DNA of 64,000 bases, taken from contig JAJACS010000007.1 of the NCBI GenBank assembly GCA_022601395.1, positions 2,620 to 66,619 of the forward strand, given 5' to 3'. Under the pieces are notes generated by a model. The model had not been told where the DNA came from and did not search any database. It saw only the letters and a program-made list of their open reading frames with translations. Both the position numbers and the translations under genes were made by a program. Of this stretch, positions 18,896-28,454 are shown in pieces. Source of the DNA: Chlamydiia bacterium (GTDB lineage: Bacteria > Chlamydiota > Chlamydiia > Chlamydiales > GCA-2402025). The stretch's first letter is position 1. Each line of letters begins with the position of its first letter.

Positions 18896-19936
18896 ATGAT
18901 ACGATTCGTATACCTATCTCTTATTATTTTATGTACCTGCAGCATACAAGCTAAAGAAAAACGTGACCGAAATAAATCTCCTGTCCTATCTCGCGAAGAT
19001 ATAGCAAAAGAGCTTGAAAGCGCGGAAGCAGAATTCCAAGAAGCACAAAAGATGTTTAACCCTTGGTATGCAGGTCCTTTGCTAACCCCGTCACCTAGCA
19101 TCATCACTCCAGGACTCTATAACGTTCAGCCTTATCTATTTGTCACGAACAACCATGCTGCATACTCAAGAAGTGGGAGTTCAAAGAATGTTCCTGATAA
19201 CGTGCAAATCAGAGCTCTTAACATCTTTCAATTTGGTATCGTAAGAAACCTTGAGGGACTTTGGACTTTTGGTGCCGCTCATAACAGACAGCAAGGCAAA
19301 CACTCTACCAATGTTCAAGACACACAATTTGCACTAGGATACGCTGTTAATATACAATCCGCCTATAAGCCTGGAGTAGCGTTTCAAATCCAAGAAAGCT
19401 TTCCGATTGGAAAATATCAAAACCTTAATCCTGATAAACATGGCGTCGATGCAATGGGCTCTGGATCATTTGAAACAAGATTTGGCCTTACTATTGGTAA
19501 AGTGATCTGGTGGGTATCTACGCATCCTATGAACGCGAGGATCTCATTTAACTACACGATCGCAGCTCCGACTACCGTCAAAGGATTCAATGCCTACGGA
19601 GGAGGTTTTAATACAAGAGGCAAGGTTAATCCTGGTAACACTTTTGAGCTTGATACTGGGTTTGAATATAGTTTCACAAAAAAATGGGTTATTGCAAGTG
19701 ACTTTGTTTACAACTACACCTCCCCAACACATTTCTCAGGCAGAAAAGGAACAAATGCTGATGGCTCTACAGCTACAGTTGGAGGAGATTTCAATGATCA
19801 ATTCTCTATTTCTCCTGCACTAGAGTACAACCCAACAGCAAACCTTGGTATGCTTCTTGGTGTTTGGTTCACAGTATGGGGAAGAAATGCTTCAAACTTT
19901 TACTCTGGTGTATTCACCCTTGAATATACGTTTTAG
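18896..19936 (+). CDS. Putative outer-membrane beta-barrel protein
   Basis: The track ORF starts at TTG 18878, but ATG 18896 gives a canonical signal peptide MIRFVYLSLIILCTCSIQA. It has alternating amphipathic strands and the C-terminal OMP signature ...FTLEYTF. Confidence 0.65.
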   Translation: MIRFVYLSLIILCTCSIQAKEKRDRNKSPVLSREDIAKELESAEAEFQEAQKMFNPWYAGPLLTPSPSIITPGLYNVQPYLFVTNNHAAYSRSGSSKNVPDNVQIRALNIFQFGIVRNLEGLWTFGAAHNRQQGKHSTNVQDTQFALGYAVNIQSAYKPGVAFQIQESFPIGKYQNLNPDKHGVDAMGSGSFETRFGLTIGKVIWWVSTHPMNARISFNYTIAAPTTVKGFNAYGGGFNTRGKVNPGNTFELDTGFEYSFTKKWVIASDFVYNYTSPTHFSGRKGTNADGSTATVGGDFNDQFSISPALEYNPTANLGMLLGVWFTVWGRNASNFYSGVFTLEYTF

Positions 19937-20015
19937 AGCGGTCTAAACCTCTTGATTTTTTAGGGACTTTTTTACTAAAATCTTTAGGACCAATTTACAT
20001 ACGAGATGATCCAGC

Positions 20016-21359
20016 GTGAAAGACCTTAAGAAATTCTTCGTAAAGACATACGGCTGCCAAATGAACGAGCTTGATACAGAGCTCATGGTTGGTCAACTTG
20101 TGAAAAGAGGCCTTGAAAGAGTTTATGATGAAAATGCTGCAGACCTGCTCATTTTTAACACCTGCTCTATCAGAGACCTAGCAGAAAGAAAAGTCATGGG
20201 TAAGATCGGCCAATTAACTAGATCGAGTAAAAAGCGTAACTCTATCATAGGGGTTACTGGCTGTATGGCCATGGCAAAGAAAGAATCTCTTTTTAGAAAG
20301 CTTCCTCATATTGACTTTGTTCTTGGAACAAACAACATCACAGACCTAAATAGCGTATTAGACGAAGTGATGACAACAAACAAGCAAACATTGAGGACAG
20401 ACTCTCAGTTTGAAGAGAACCTGGACTATCTTGTTGCAAAACGTGATGACAAAGTCAAAGCCTACGTATCTATCATCCGTGGATGTGATAAATTCTGCAC
20501 TTACTGTGTTGTCCCCTATACAAGGGGTCAAGAGGTTTCAAGACCTCCTGAAGATATCGTAAACGAGTGTAAGAAGCTTGCATCGGAAGGGTATAAAGAA
20601 GTCACACTCCTTGGACAAAACGTTAATAGCTATGGTAAAGATCAAAAAGAGTGGAACTGCTTATTCCATGATCTCTTGTATAGACTTGATAAAATTGAAG
20701 GACTTGAAAGAGTTCGTTTTATGACCTCACACCCTATTGATATCACAAGAGAGCTCATGGAAGGAATTAGAGACCTTGATTCTCTTTGTGAGTTTGTGCA
20801 CTTCCCGATACAAGCAGGTTCTTCAAGAGTTCTTAAAAAAATGCACCGTATCTACACAAAAGAGCAGTATCTAGAAAAAGTCGCGATGTTAAAAGAGATC
20901 GTACCGAACGTATCACTTGGAACAGACATTATCGTTGGGTTCCCAACGGAAACAGAAGAAGAGTTTCAGGAAACTTACGACGCACTAAAGGATATTCGCT
21001 ATTCAGTCGCCTTTCTTTTTGCCTATAGTGCAAGGAAAGGAACTCCTGCAATGCGCTGGAAAGATGATGTGCCAGAAGAAATCAAACAAGAGCGCCTGCA
21101 AAGACTCATGGAACTTCAAGATACTATCTATGCTGAGCAACGACAAGAACTACTTGGCGCAGAAATGGAAGTGCTTGTTGATAAAAGAGGATCACGAGAT
21201 GGAAAACTCAAAGGACGCACTAGATGTTGGAAGAACGTTGTTTTTGAGCATCCAGATGATGCAGCAATAGGAACGCTTCAAACCGTAAAAATCCATTCAT
21301 ATAATCACCAGACAATGGTTGGAGAACTTATAAAGTCTCCTGAGCTTGCTCTTATTTAA
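20016..21359 (+). CDS. miaB: tRNA-2-methylthio-N6-dimethylallyladenosine synthase
   Basis: 447 aa with the N-terminal UPF0004 cysteines (YGCQMN...), the radical-SAM motif CDKFCTYCVVP and a C-terminal TRAM domain. GTG start. Confidence 0.9.
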   Translation: MKDLKKFFVKTYGCQMNELDTELMVGQLVKRGLERVYDENAADLLIFNTCSIRDLAERKVMGKIGQLTRSSKKRNSIIGVTGCMAMAKKESLFRKLPHIDFVLGTNNITDLNSVLDEVMTTNKQTLRTDSQFEENLDYLVAKRDDKVKAYVSIIRGCDKFCTYCVVPYTRGQEVSRPPEDIVNECKKLASEGYKEVTLLGQNVNSYGKDQKEWNCLFHDLLYRLDKIEGLERVRFMTSHPIDITRELMEGIRDLDSLCEFVHFPIQAGSSRVLKKMHRIYTKEQYLEKVAMLKEIVPNVSLGTDIIVGFPTETEEEFQETYDALKDIRYSVAFLFAYSARKGTPAMRWKDDVPEEIKQERLQRLMELQDTIYAEQRQELLGAEMEVLVDKRGSRDGKLKGRTRCWKNVVFEHPDDAAIGTLQTVKIHSYNHQTMVGELIKSPELALI

Positions 21360-21511
21360 ATATTTTTGTTGATTGTTCAAAGCCTGTCAAAAACAGAAGT
21401 AAATATTTAGTTTTTTAAACCAAACATCTTTATCATAACAATCTCTTTACTTTGGGATTTATTTAAATAATTAGGTATAATAGTCAATAAACAATAACTA
21501 GTGTTTATCAT

Positions 21512-22330
21512 ATGACAAAGACAGAAAAAAGCGCTTCTTCAGCGACCTCAGTTCTTTCTAAGATATTAAAGCCAGTAAAGAAAGGCGCAGCAAAAGGGGT
21601 ACAAAAGGTCAAGGGTATCAATCCAGATGGTATTCAAAAGGCAACCAATCCAAATATTGGAAGAGCCTATATTAATGCCATTGACTCTGCGTTTTTTAAA
21701 ACACTATTTAGAGCAGTCGAGATGCCAAAAAATGGCCCTACGACCTTTGCTAAATCACATTATTTTCCGACAGGCAAACCTATCGATAAAGAAGAGTCTG
21801 AGTTTCTTGTTAGAGAGCGCTTTGAAGAAGAAAAAAAGTCTATTGATAACCCAAGACTTCTTTTCTCTACAAAATATAACTTAAACTCTGAAGGCACATT
21901 GCATATGACACCCACGGGTCTTGCCTTTTTAAAAGTTGATGAAAAGTTCGTAGACACGGCATATCCTCACTTCTACTCTAAGGGAGCTGAAAAGCCACCT
22001 TTTATCGCTCATATACCTGTGATTTCCGAAGATGAGATGAGAAAGCTTAACTTAAAAGGCCTAAAAGAAATCGGAGAAACTTTTAAATTCACAGTAGTAG
22101 ATTGTGTGTCTATCACACCTTCTCACTGGAATGAGATGGATACTATCTGGGCTTTGACTGTGAAAAGTGAAGAGCTTGAGCATTTTAGAGAGAAGTATGG
22201 TCTTACCTCAAGACTGCATTCACAAGATTTTATCATCGTTGTTGCGATCAAGCCAAAATCTATTATTAAGCCTGTAAAAGAAAAAGAGCAGCACTACCTT
22301 AGGGTAAATCCTGCAACAAGCAGAGCTTAA
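21512..22330 (+). CDS. Hypothetical protein
   Basis: 272-aa ORF with a Lys-rich N-terminus. I recognise no motif. It converges on ligA with a 4-nt overlap. Confidence 0.55.
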   Translation: MTKTEKSASSATSVLSKILKPVKKGAAKGVQKVKGINPDGIQKATNPNIGRAYINAIDSAFFKTLFRAVEMPKNGPTTFAKSHYFPTGKPIDKEESEFLVRERFEEEKKSIDNPRLLFSTKYNLNSEGTLHMTPTGLAFLKVDEKFVDTAYPHFYSKGAEKPPFIAHIPVISEDEMRKLNLKGLKEIGETFKFTVVDCVSITPSHWNEMDTIWALTVKSEELEHFREKYGLTSRLHSQDFIIVVAIKPKSIIKPVKEKEQHYLRVNPATSRA

Positions 22331-24333
22331 AGCATCTTAATAAACTCACCTTCTGTAAGGATCTTAACTTTAAGAGTGACAGCCTTGTCATATTTTGAGC
22401 CAGGCTCTGCCCCTGCTACAACAAAGTCTGTTTTCTTTGTTACAGAACTAGAGACTTTCCCACCTCTTTCCTTTATAAGAGCTGCAGCATCTGATCGAGA
22501 GTACTCCTCTAAAGAGCCTGTAAGCACAAATGATTTACCTGAAAAGCTATGACCCTCTACTTGTACAAGCTTACTTGATTTTGGTTTTACACCAAGCTCT
22601 AGCATTTGCTCTATTTCATGAAGATGATTTTCATTACTAAAGTATTCTACAAAGGAATGTGCGACTTTATCTCCGACGCCATCAATTAGAATCAGCTCGT
22701 CTTCTGTTAATTTTTGCAAATTTTTTACATCTTTAGCATATTCAGCTATGAGCTCCGCTGTATTCGTTCCAACAAAAGGAACTCCTAAAGCAAGAATAAA
22801 CCTTGCAAGAGATCTTTTTTTGGATGTTTCAATGCTCGAAAGAAGGTTCTGTACGGATTTCTCCTTAAATCCTTCTAAAGATGCGATGTCTTTCTCCGTA
22901 AGTCTATAGATATCTGACATGGATTTTACAAGGCCATGGTCAATGAGTTTCTTCATCACTTTTTCGCCAAGATTATCAATGTTCATAGCAGGCTTGCTAG
23001 CAAAGAACATAAGTCTTCTCTCGTTTTTAGCAGCGCACATAGTGTTTGAGCAGCGTACGGCAACTTCCCCTTCTTTCTTTACAACAGTAGAGCTACACAC
23101 GGGGCAATGATCAGGCATCACAAATGGCTTTGAGCTTTTTTCTCTCTTTGTAAAATCTACGCTGACAACTTTAGGAATTACGTCTCCACCTTTTTCGATG
23201 ATTACATGATCCCCTTTGCGGATATCTTTTCTTTGTATTTCATCTTCATTGTGCAGCGTGGCTCTTGATATCGTGCTTCCTGCTAGAAACACGGGATCAA
23301 GCTCTGCAACAGGTGTTAAAACACCAGTTCGTCCTACTTGGAGTGTTATGTCATGAATTTTTGTTTTTGCCTGCAGGGGCGCGTATTTATAAGCGATTGC
23401 CCATCTTGGAGACTTACCAGTAGCGCCGAGCTTTTCCCAATCTCTAATTGTATTTACTTTGATTACAATCCCATCAATTTCAAAAGGAAGGTCTTCTCTT
23501 TTCTCTTCTATACTATTTGCAAACTTAAGAAGGTCTTCTGCACTCGAGCAAACAGCAAAGTGCCCTTTTGAAAAGGTTGGAAACTTTTTCTCTTTAAGAA
23601 ACTTTTGCACCCCTTCTTGAGTAGGAATTTCTTTGATCCCTTCTGCAAGGCCATATACCATGATACTTAAAGACCTTCTTTTTACTTCTTCAGTATCGAG
23701 TAGCTTAAGCGAGCCTGCAGCTGCATTGCGTGGGTTCGCCCACACATCTTGTCCTGCTTCTTCTTTTTGCTCATTAAGCTCAGAGAAGACTTTCTTTAGC
23801 ATGAACACTTCTGCTCGAAGCTCCAAAATATCTGGTAGATTTTTTGCGTTAATTTCTTTTGGCAATGAAGAAATTGTTGCGATGTTTTTTGTGATGTCAT
23901 CACCAATTTTTCCATTACCTCGTGTAAGAGCTCTTACAAACTTCCCTTTTTCGTAGCGAAGTGACACTGCAATCCCATCCATCTTGAGTTCTGCTGAATA
24001 CTCCATATCATCTTTAGGAAGGATTTTATGAACTCTCTTTATAAAATCTCTGATTTCTTCTTCACTGTAGGAGTTTGCAAGAGAAAGCATAGGTACGCTA
24101 TGTGCTACTTGGTAAAAGCCTTTTGTTGGTTTTTCTCTTACAGTTTGTGTAGGAGAGCTAGCGCTCACCCATTCAGGGTGAAGTTTTTCGATCTCTTCGC
24201 ACTGTTTCACAAGAAGATCGTACTCATAATCTGAAATCAAAGGCTGATGTTTTTCAAAATAGAGAGCATCATGTTTCTTTATTTCATCTACTAGATTTAG
24301 ATATTCCTTATTAGAGCATTCTTTACTTCTCAA
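22327..24333 (-). CDS. ligA: NAD-dependent DNA ligase
   Basis: Adenylation motif ELKMDGIAVS (KxDG), a Cys4 zinc finger (CPVCSS...C..C), HhH repeats and a C-terminal BRCT domain. The track ORF starts at ATG 24372 inside glgB. A TTG at 24333, preceded by GAGGTGG, removes a non-conserved 13-aa extension and is my preferred start. Confidence 0.93.
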   Translation of the reverse strand: MRSKECSNKEYLNLVDEIKKHDALYFEKHQPLISDYEYDLLVKQCEEIEKLHPEWVSASSPTQTVREKPTKGFYQVAHSVPMLSLANSYSEEEIRDFIKRVHKILPKDDMEYSAELKMDGIAVSLRYEKGKFVRALTRGNGKIGDDITKNIATISSLPKEINAKNLPDILELRAEVFMLKKVFSELNEQKEEAGQDVWANPRNAAAGSLKLLDTEEVKRRSLSIMVYGLAEGIKEIPTQEGVQKFLKEKKFPTFSKGHFAVCSSAEDLLKFANSIEEKREDLPFEIDGIVIKVNTIRDWEKLGATGKSPRWAIAYKYAPLQAKTKIHDITLQVGRTGVLTPVAELDPVFLAGSTISRATLHNEDEIQRKDIRKGDHVIIEKGGDVIPKVVSVDFTKREKSSKPFVMPDHCPVCSSTVVKKEGEVAVRCSNTMCAAKNERRLMFFASKPAMNIDNLGEKVMKKLIDHGLVKSMSDIYRLTEKDIASLEGFKEKSVQNLLSSIETSKKRSLARFILALGVPFVGTNTAELIAEYAKDVKNLQKLTEDELILIDGVGDKVAHSFVEYFSNENHLHEIEQMLELGVKPKSSKLVQVEGHSFSGKSFVLTGSLEEYSRSDAAALIKERGGKVSSSVTKKTDFVVAGAEPGSKYDKAVTLKVKILTEGEFIKML

Positions 24334-26488
24334 ATTCCACCTCAAAAACAATCGTTGTAAAAGGAGATACATCGATCAACAGTTCTCCTTTCTGAGGATT
24401 TATTTTAGCATCTGATATGCCCATACCACCATATTTTTTCTCATCTGAGGAAAAAAGTTTTGTGATCTTTTTAAATTTCCCACTAGACTTTGGAGGCCTG
24501 CAGAGGTAGTTTTTCTTATCTTTATCCATAAAGTGATGGTAACAAAGGATCGCTTTTCCTTGCGTATGTCTTATGTAAGCTATGACACCTCCTTTAGCAT
24601 CATTATTTACGACCCACTCAAAGTTCTTTTTTTCGAATTCATTTTCATAAAAGGCTACTTGGCTAAGATAAAACATGTTTAGATCTTTGACATAGAGCTG
24701 AGCCATTTGATGAAGAGGTTCTTTTAAAAGATTCCAGTGAAGGGATTCACTAAAGTACCACTGATTGATTTGCGCTATCTCTGTTCCCATAAATAGAAGC
24801 TTCTTTCCTGGGTAGGTCATGAGATAAGCCATATACGATTTAAAGTTTCCAAATTTCTGATCGGTATTTCCTGGCATAGAAGCAATCAGATAATCTTTCT
24901 CATGGGAAACTTCATCATGAGAATAGGAAGAAATAAACTTCTCTGTATAGAGATAATCGTAGGTAAAGATAAGTTCTTTATACACTTTCTCTCTGTGCTC
25001 AAAATTTGTTTTAAAATACTTCATGGAATCATTGCAAAAGCCCACATTCCATTTATAATCAAACCCAAGACCTCCCTGATCAAGAGGGTGTGAAATACTT
25101 TGAAAAGTAGAAGTGTCTTCTGCAATTGTGATTGCTTGTGGAAATAGCCTGTGAGACATTTCATTAAACTGCTTTAAGAAAGTAAGACCTTCTAAGTTTT
25201 CTTTTCCCCCGTAAATATTTGGCTTCCATTCCCCTTCATTCCGTCCAAAATCAAGATGAACAATAGAGGAAATCGCATCCACACGGATTCCATCTACGTG
25301 CATTTTATCAAGAAGGTAAAGAGCGCTACCTATTAGAAAATTGCGGACACATGGTTTTGCATAATCGAAAAAAAGTGTATTCCAGTGCGGGTGAATACCC
25401 ATTTCAGAATGCTCAAAGACATGCCCTCCATCAAAACGAGCAAGAGCAAAGTCATCAATCGGGAAGTGTCCAGGCACCCAGTCAATGAACACCCCAATCT
25501 CATTGTTATGAAGGTGATTCACGAAATACTGAAAATCTTCTGGCGTACCGAACCTACTTGAGATCCCATAGAAGCCTGTTACCTGGTAGCCCCAGGATCC
25601 ATCGAACGGGTGTTCACTTATAGGAAGCATTTCAACGTGCGTATAGCCCATCATCTGACAATACTCGACAAGATCCTCAGCAAGCTCTCTATAGTTTAGG
25701 AAATCACTTCCTTTTCTTTTCCAAGATCCAAAATGAACTTCGTAGATGTTCATAGGAGAGTCAAAGGTAGATGTTTTAGATTTGTGCCATCTGTCATCCT
25801 CAAACTTGAAATGGTCTGGATCAAAAAGTATCGCAGCATTTTTTGGACGCATCTCAAAATAAAGACCGTAAGGATCTGTTTTTAGAAGTACATGCCCTTC
25901 TTTTGTTCTGATCTCAAACTTATACTTCTCCCCTTCTTCAAGACCAGGAACAAAAATCTCAAAAACACCGCTATTATCTATCTCTCTTAAAGGAAAAAGC
26001 CTTCCATCAAAGTAATTTGTGTCACACACAAGTGCTACTTGCAAAGCATTAGGAGCATACACTGTGAATTTTGCACCTTCACAGCCCGCATGAGAAAAAA
26101 GCCTTCCTCCCATCATCTCATAAAGCTTTTCATGAGCTCCTTCTTTAAAGGAGGCTATGTCTTCTTTTCTAAGTGTTGGTGTAAAACTAAAGGGATCATG
26201 TTCCAGAAGTCCGTTTTGATGATAAATGCGGTAGTCAAGATGCGTTGTTTTGTTTGGCACTCTACAAACAAATAACCCAGAGCTATGCTCTAGATCAGCT
26301 TCTTTAATTTCCCCAAAAACTTCGAGCTGTATTTTTCTAGCTCCAGGGCGAAAAATCCGAATAATTTTTCCATCACCCTCTTCATGAAGTCCAAGAAAGC
26401 TGTGTGGATTTTTATGCGTATACTCAAGGAGCCTTTTTAGATGATCTTTTTGATCCTCAGAAGCTTTTGAAATAACCATAATAAACAC
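24323..26488 (-). CDS. glgB: 1,4-alpha-glucan branching enzyme
   Basis: 721 aa with GH13 catalytic blocks VDGIRVDAISS and ITIAEDTS, an N-terminal CBM48-like region and the WGYQ motif. Confidence 0.95.
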   Translation of the reverse strand: MFIMVISKASEDQKDHLKRLLEYTHKNPHSFLGLHEEGDGKIIRIFRPGARKIQLEVFGEIKEADLEHSSGLFVCRVPNKTTHLDYRIYHQNGLLEHDPFSFTPTLRKEDIASFKEGAHEKLYEMMGGRLFSHAGCEGAKFTVYAPNALQVALVCDTNYFDGRLFPLREIDNSGVFEIFVPGLEEGEKYKFEIRTKEGHVLLKTDPYGLYFEMRPKNAAILFDPDHFKFEDDRWHKSKTSTFDSPMNIYEVHFGSWKRKGSDFLNYRELAEDLVEYCQMMGYTHVEMLPISEHPFDGSWGYQVTGFYGISSRFGTPEDFQYFVNHLHNNEIGVFIDWVPGHFPIDDFALARFDGGHVFEHSEMGIHPHWNTLFFDYAKPCVRNFLIGSALYLLDKMHVDGIRVDAISSIVHLDFGRNEGEWKPNIYGGKENLEGLTFLKQFNEMSHRLFPQAITIAEDTSTFQSISHPLDQGGLGFDYKWNVGFCNDSMKYFKTNFEHREKVYKELIFTYDYLYTEKFISSYSHDEVSHEKDYLIASMPGNTDQKFGNFKSYMAYLMTYPGKKLLFMGTEIAQINQWYFSESLHWNLLKEPLHQMAQLYVKDLNMFYLSQVAFYENEFEKKNFEWVVNNDAKGGVIAYIRHTQGKAILCYHHFMDKDKKNYLCRPPKSSGKFKKITKLFSSDEKKYGGMGISDAKINPQKGELLIDVSPFTTIVFEVEFEK

Positions 26489-26505
26489 CTATTTTATTCC
26501 TGTTT

Positions 26506-26564
26506 ATTTATGAAAAAATCTCCATTTTTATTCTACACATAAATCTAAAATCTATTGTAATCTC
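26506..26564 (+). promoter_or_regulatory. Conserved upstream block, copy 1 (likely promoter/operator of paralogue A)
   Basis: The 59-nt block ATTTATGAAAAAATCTCCATTTTTATTCTACACATAAATCTAAAATCTATTGTAATCTC ends 28 nt before the ATG. By hand alignment 49/59 positions are identical to 28369-28427, including the perfect 21-mer ATTTTTATTCTACACATAAAT. Confidence 0.6.
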
Positions 26565-26592
26565 TTCCCCTTAACACAACATAGGACATTAA

Positions 26593-28323
26593 ATGACAGA
26601 GCTTTCTTCTACAGAAAATAAGCAATACCGCTTCACACTTTCGCTACCATCCAACACTCCTTTAGAGCCTTTTTATAAAGTGCCTGTAGAAACATATACC
26701 ATTAGAGATCCAAATTTATCTGATGAAGGGACATTCGCATCCTGTCATTTACTAAAGCATAGTAGTTTACGTAACCCACCCAGTTATGGAGAGATCAAGC
26801 TCGAATCCGTAAAAGGTAGCTTATGCGTTCGAAAGCTAAAGACACCGTATGGTGATGAAACCGCCTACAGACTTATGATTGCAGCATGTAGAGTTTTGGA
26901 TTCTTCTCCACACACTTCCATAACAGTAAAAACTGATCCACAAAATGTTTGTAAGTTTATGAAACTTGGTTTTGTTCCTGTTCGTGATCAGTTTAGTGCT
27001 GTAACTTATGTTCCTCTTGTTGAGAAGTTCAACAATTTATACACAAGCAAAACTGATTTCACAGAAGAGCAATTCGCCAAGCTTCCAGATGAATACAAAT
27101 ACCACCTTGCAGGCGCTCTTAGATGTAAGCTTGCAAATATTACTTATGAGAACTTTTTGGAATACTGGCCTTGGGAAAGCAGTATTTGTACAAGTTCTTA
27201 TAGTGTAAAAGCTCTTGCGCGCACCATTTTCTGTGCAAGAAACTCTGCAAGAAGAGATCATTCTCAGTCAATCTTGGACATGAGAGGTGATATACGAATG
27301 GTTCTTCCAAATTCCGCTGTTCATGTCTACAGAAATGCCGAACTAGATTCCCCTAAAATCTCCAAGCACCATCGTAGTCAGTTAAGGTCCATTTGGCTTC
27401 CAAAATTACCTAGGCCAAGAGTTTTAACTTTAGGTAGAGGTTCTCAAAATCCGCTTGTTTGTAAACTGAAAGGACCTAAATGTGTTGGACACGAAGTTTC
27501 TTTTCGTATTCAAAACGGTGCAGAATGCCTAGGGGCTATCAATTTTTGCGTAGGTAGAGAAAGTGTTTCCGTAAGTAAAATTGCAATTCCTAAACACCTT
27601 CAAGACAATCACGATCAAATCCTTTATGCTCTTCTAGATGTTGCATCAGAAGCTGCTCTTTTGAACTATCACTCTCAAGGGCGTGTTGAATTAGCACTTG
27701 GCTTAGCTAATGATTTTTCTTCTAAACTATTAGCTTTTGGATATACCCAGACACTGGATAGGGAAATTGAAACTCTAAACCTTTCAGGAAAGCGGCAAGT
27801 AGTCCGTTTATCCATGTATTGCTTTGAGACGGGCACCGCTCATCAGTGGGGAAAGAATTTTTACGCAGAAGAACTGCAGGGTGCGCTTAGTCTAATGATT
27901 TCAGGAAGATACCCCTACGATTCGGATTCTCATCTAGATCAATTTACCCATGCTCATAGTGTCCTTGAGCCACTTATTCGAAACCTTAATTGCCTACTGC
28001 CTGAAAGTGAACATCTAAACCGGGCATTCGAAGCAAAGGTAAACAGTTACTACTGCAAACACGCACGCAACCGCACAGAAGAGCTTCATGAAGAAGTGCA
28101 ACGATTTGTAGAACATGAGGATCGCATGTTTTATAGTGAGTCGCCTCTTATACTCTACATAGCTATTTATAGAGCCCTTTGTGAAATTTCAGGAGCACCT
28201 GTACATCCTAGTGTCACAGATGAGATGCCGCATTCAAATTTTCGTGTAGCGTTCGACGCTATCAAACACATTCATTTATCATCTCTTTTAAGAGCTCCTC
28301 AACAAGAAGTCGTAGGCGCTTAG
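26593..28323 (+). CDS. Orphan large protein, paralogue A
   Basis: 576 aa. It is clearly homologous along its length to the next gene. Shared blocks are EYWPWE/EKWPWK, HSVK(A/S)LAR(T/A)IF, LRS(I/V)WLP, LD(V/T)ASEAA, GRVE and SE(S/H)PLILY. Confidence 0.8.
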   Translation: MTELSSTENKQYRFTLSLPSNTPLEPFYKVPVETYTIRDPNLSDEGTFASCHLLKHSSLRNPPSYGEIKLESVKGSLCVRKLKTPYGDETAYRLMIAACRVLDSSPHTSITVKTDPQNVCKFMKLGFVPVRDQFSAVTYVPLVEKFNNLYTSKTDFTEEQFAKLPDEYKYHLAGALRCKLANITYENFLEYWPWESSICTSSYSVKALARTIFCARNSARRDHSQSILDMRGDIRMVLPNSAVHVYRNAELDSPKISKHHRSQLRSIWLPKLPRPRVLTLGRGSQNPLVCKLKGPKCVGHEVSFRIQNGAECLGAINFCVGRESVSVSKIAIPKHLQDNHDQILYALLDVASEAALLNYHSQGRVELALGLANDFSSKLLAFGYTQTLDREIETLNLSGKRQVVRLSMYCFETGTAHQWGKNFYAEELQGALSLMISGRYPYDSDSHLDQFTHAHSVLEPLIRNLNCLLPESEHLNRAFEAKVNSYYCKHARNRTEELHEEVQRFVEHEDRMFYSESPLILYIAIYRALCEISGAPVHPSVTDEMPHSNFRVAFDAIKHIHLSSLLRAPQQEVVGA

Positions 28324-28368
28324 TAAGAGACCCATATTCAAAATAAGTTTTTTTGATGTTTAAAATTA

Positions 28369-28427
28369 ATTTATGAAAATATTTCTATTTTTATTCTACA
28401 CATAAATTCAAATCCTGTTGTAGGCTC
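28369..28427 (+). promoter_or_regulatory. Conserved upstream block, copy 2 (likely promoter/operator of paralogue B)
   Basis: ATTTATGAAAATATTTCTATTTTTATTCTACACATAAATTCAAATCCTGTTGTAGGCTC ends 27 nt before the ATG, the same spacing as copy 1. Confidence 0.6.
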
Positions 28428-28454
28428 TGATCGCAAAATAACCCAGGTAGTTTT

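Noticed and set aside
24323-24372. A 50-nt overlap between the glgB 3' end and the ligA ORF looked like a possible fusion or frameshift.
   Set aside because: It is explained by an over-extended ORF call. A TTG at 24333 with a GAGGTGG SD gives a normal short overlap, and the 13 extra residues are not LigA-like.
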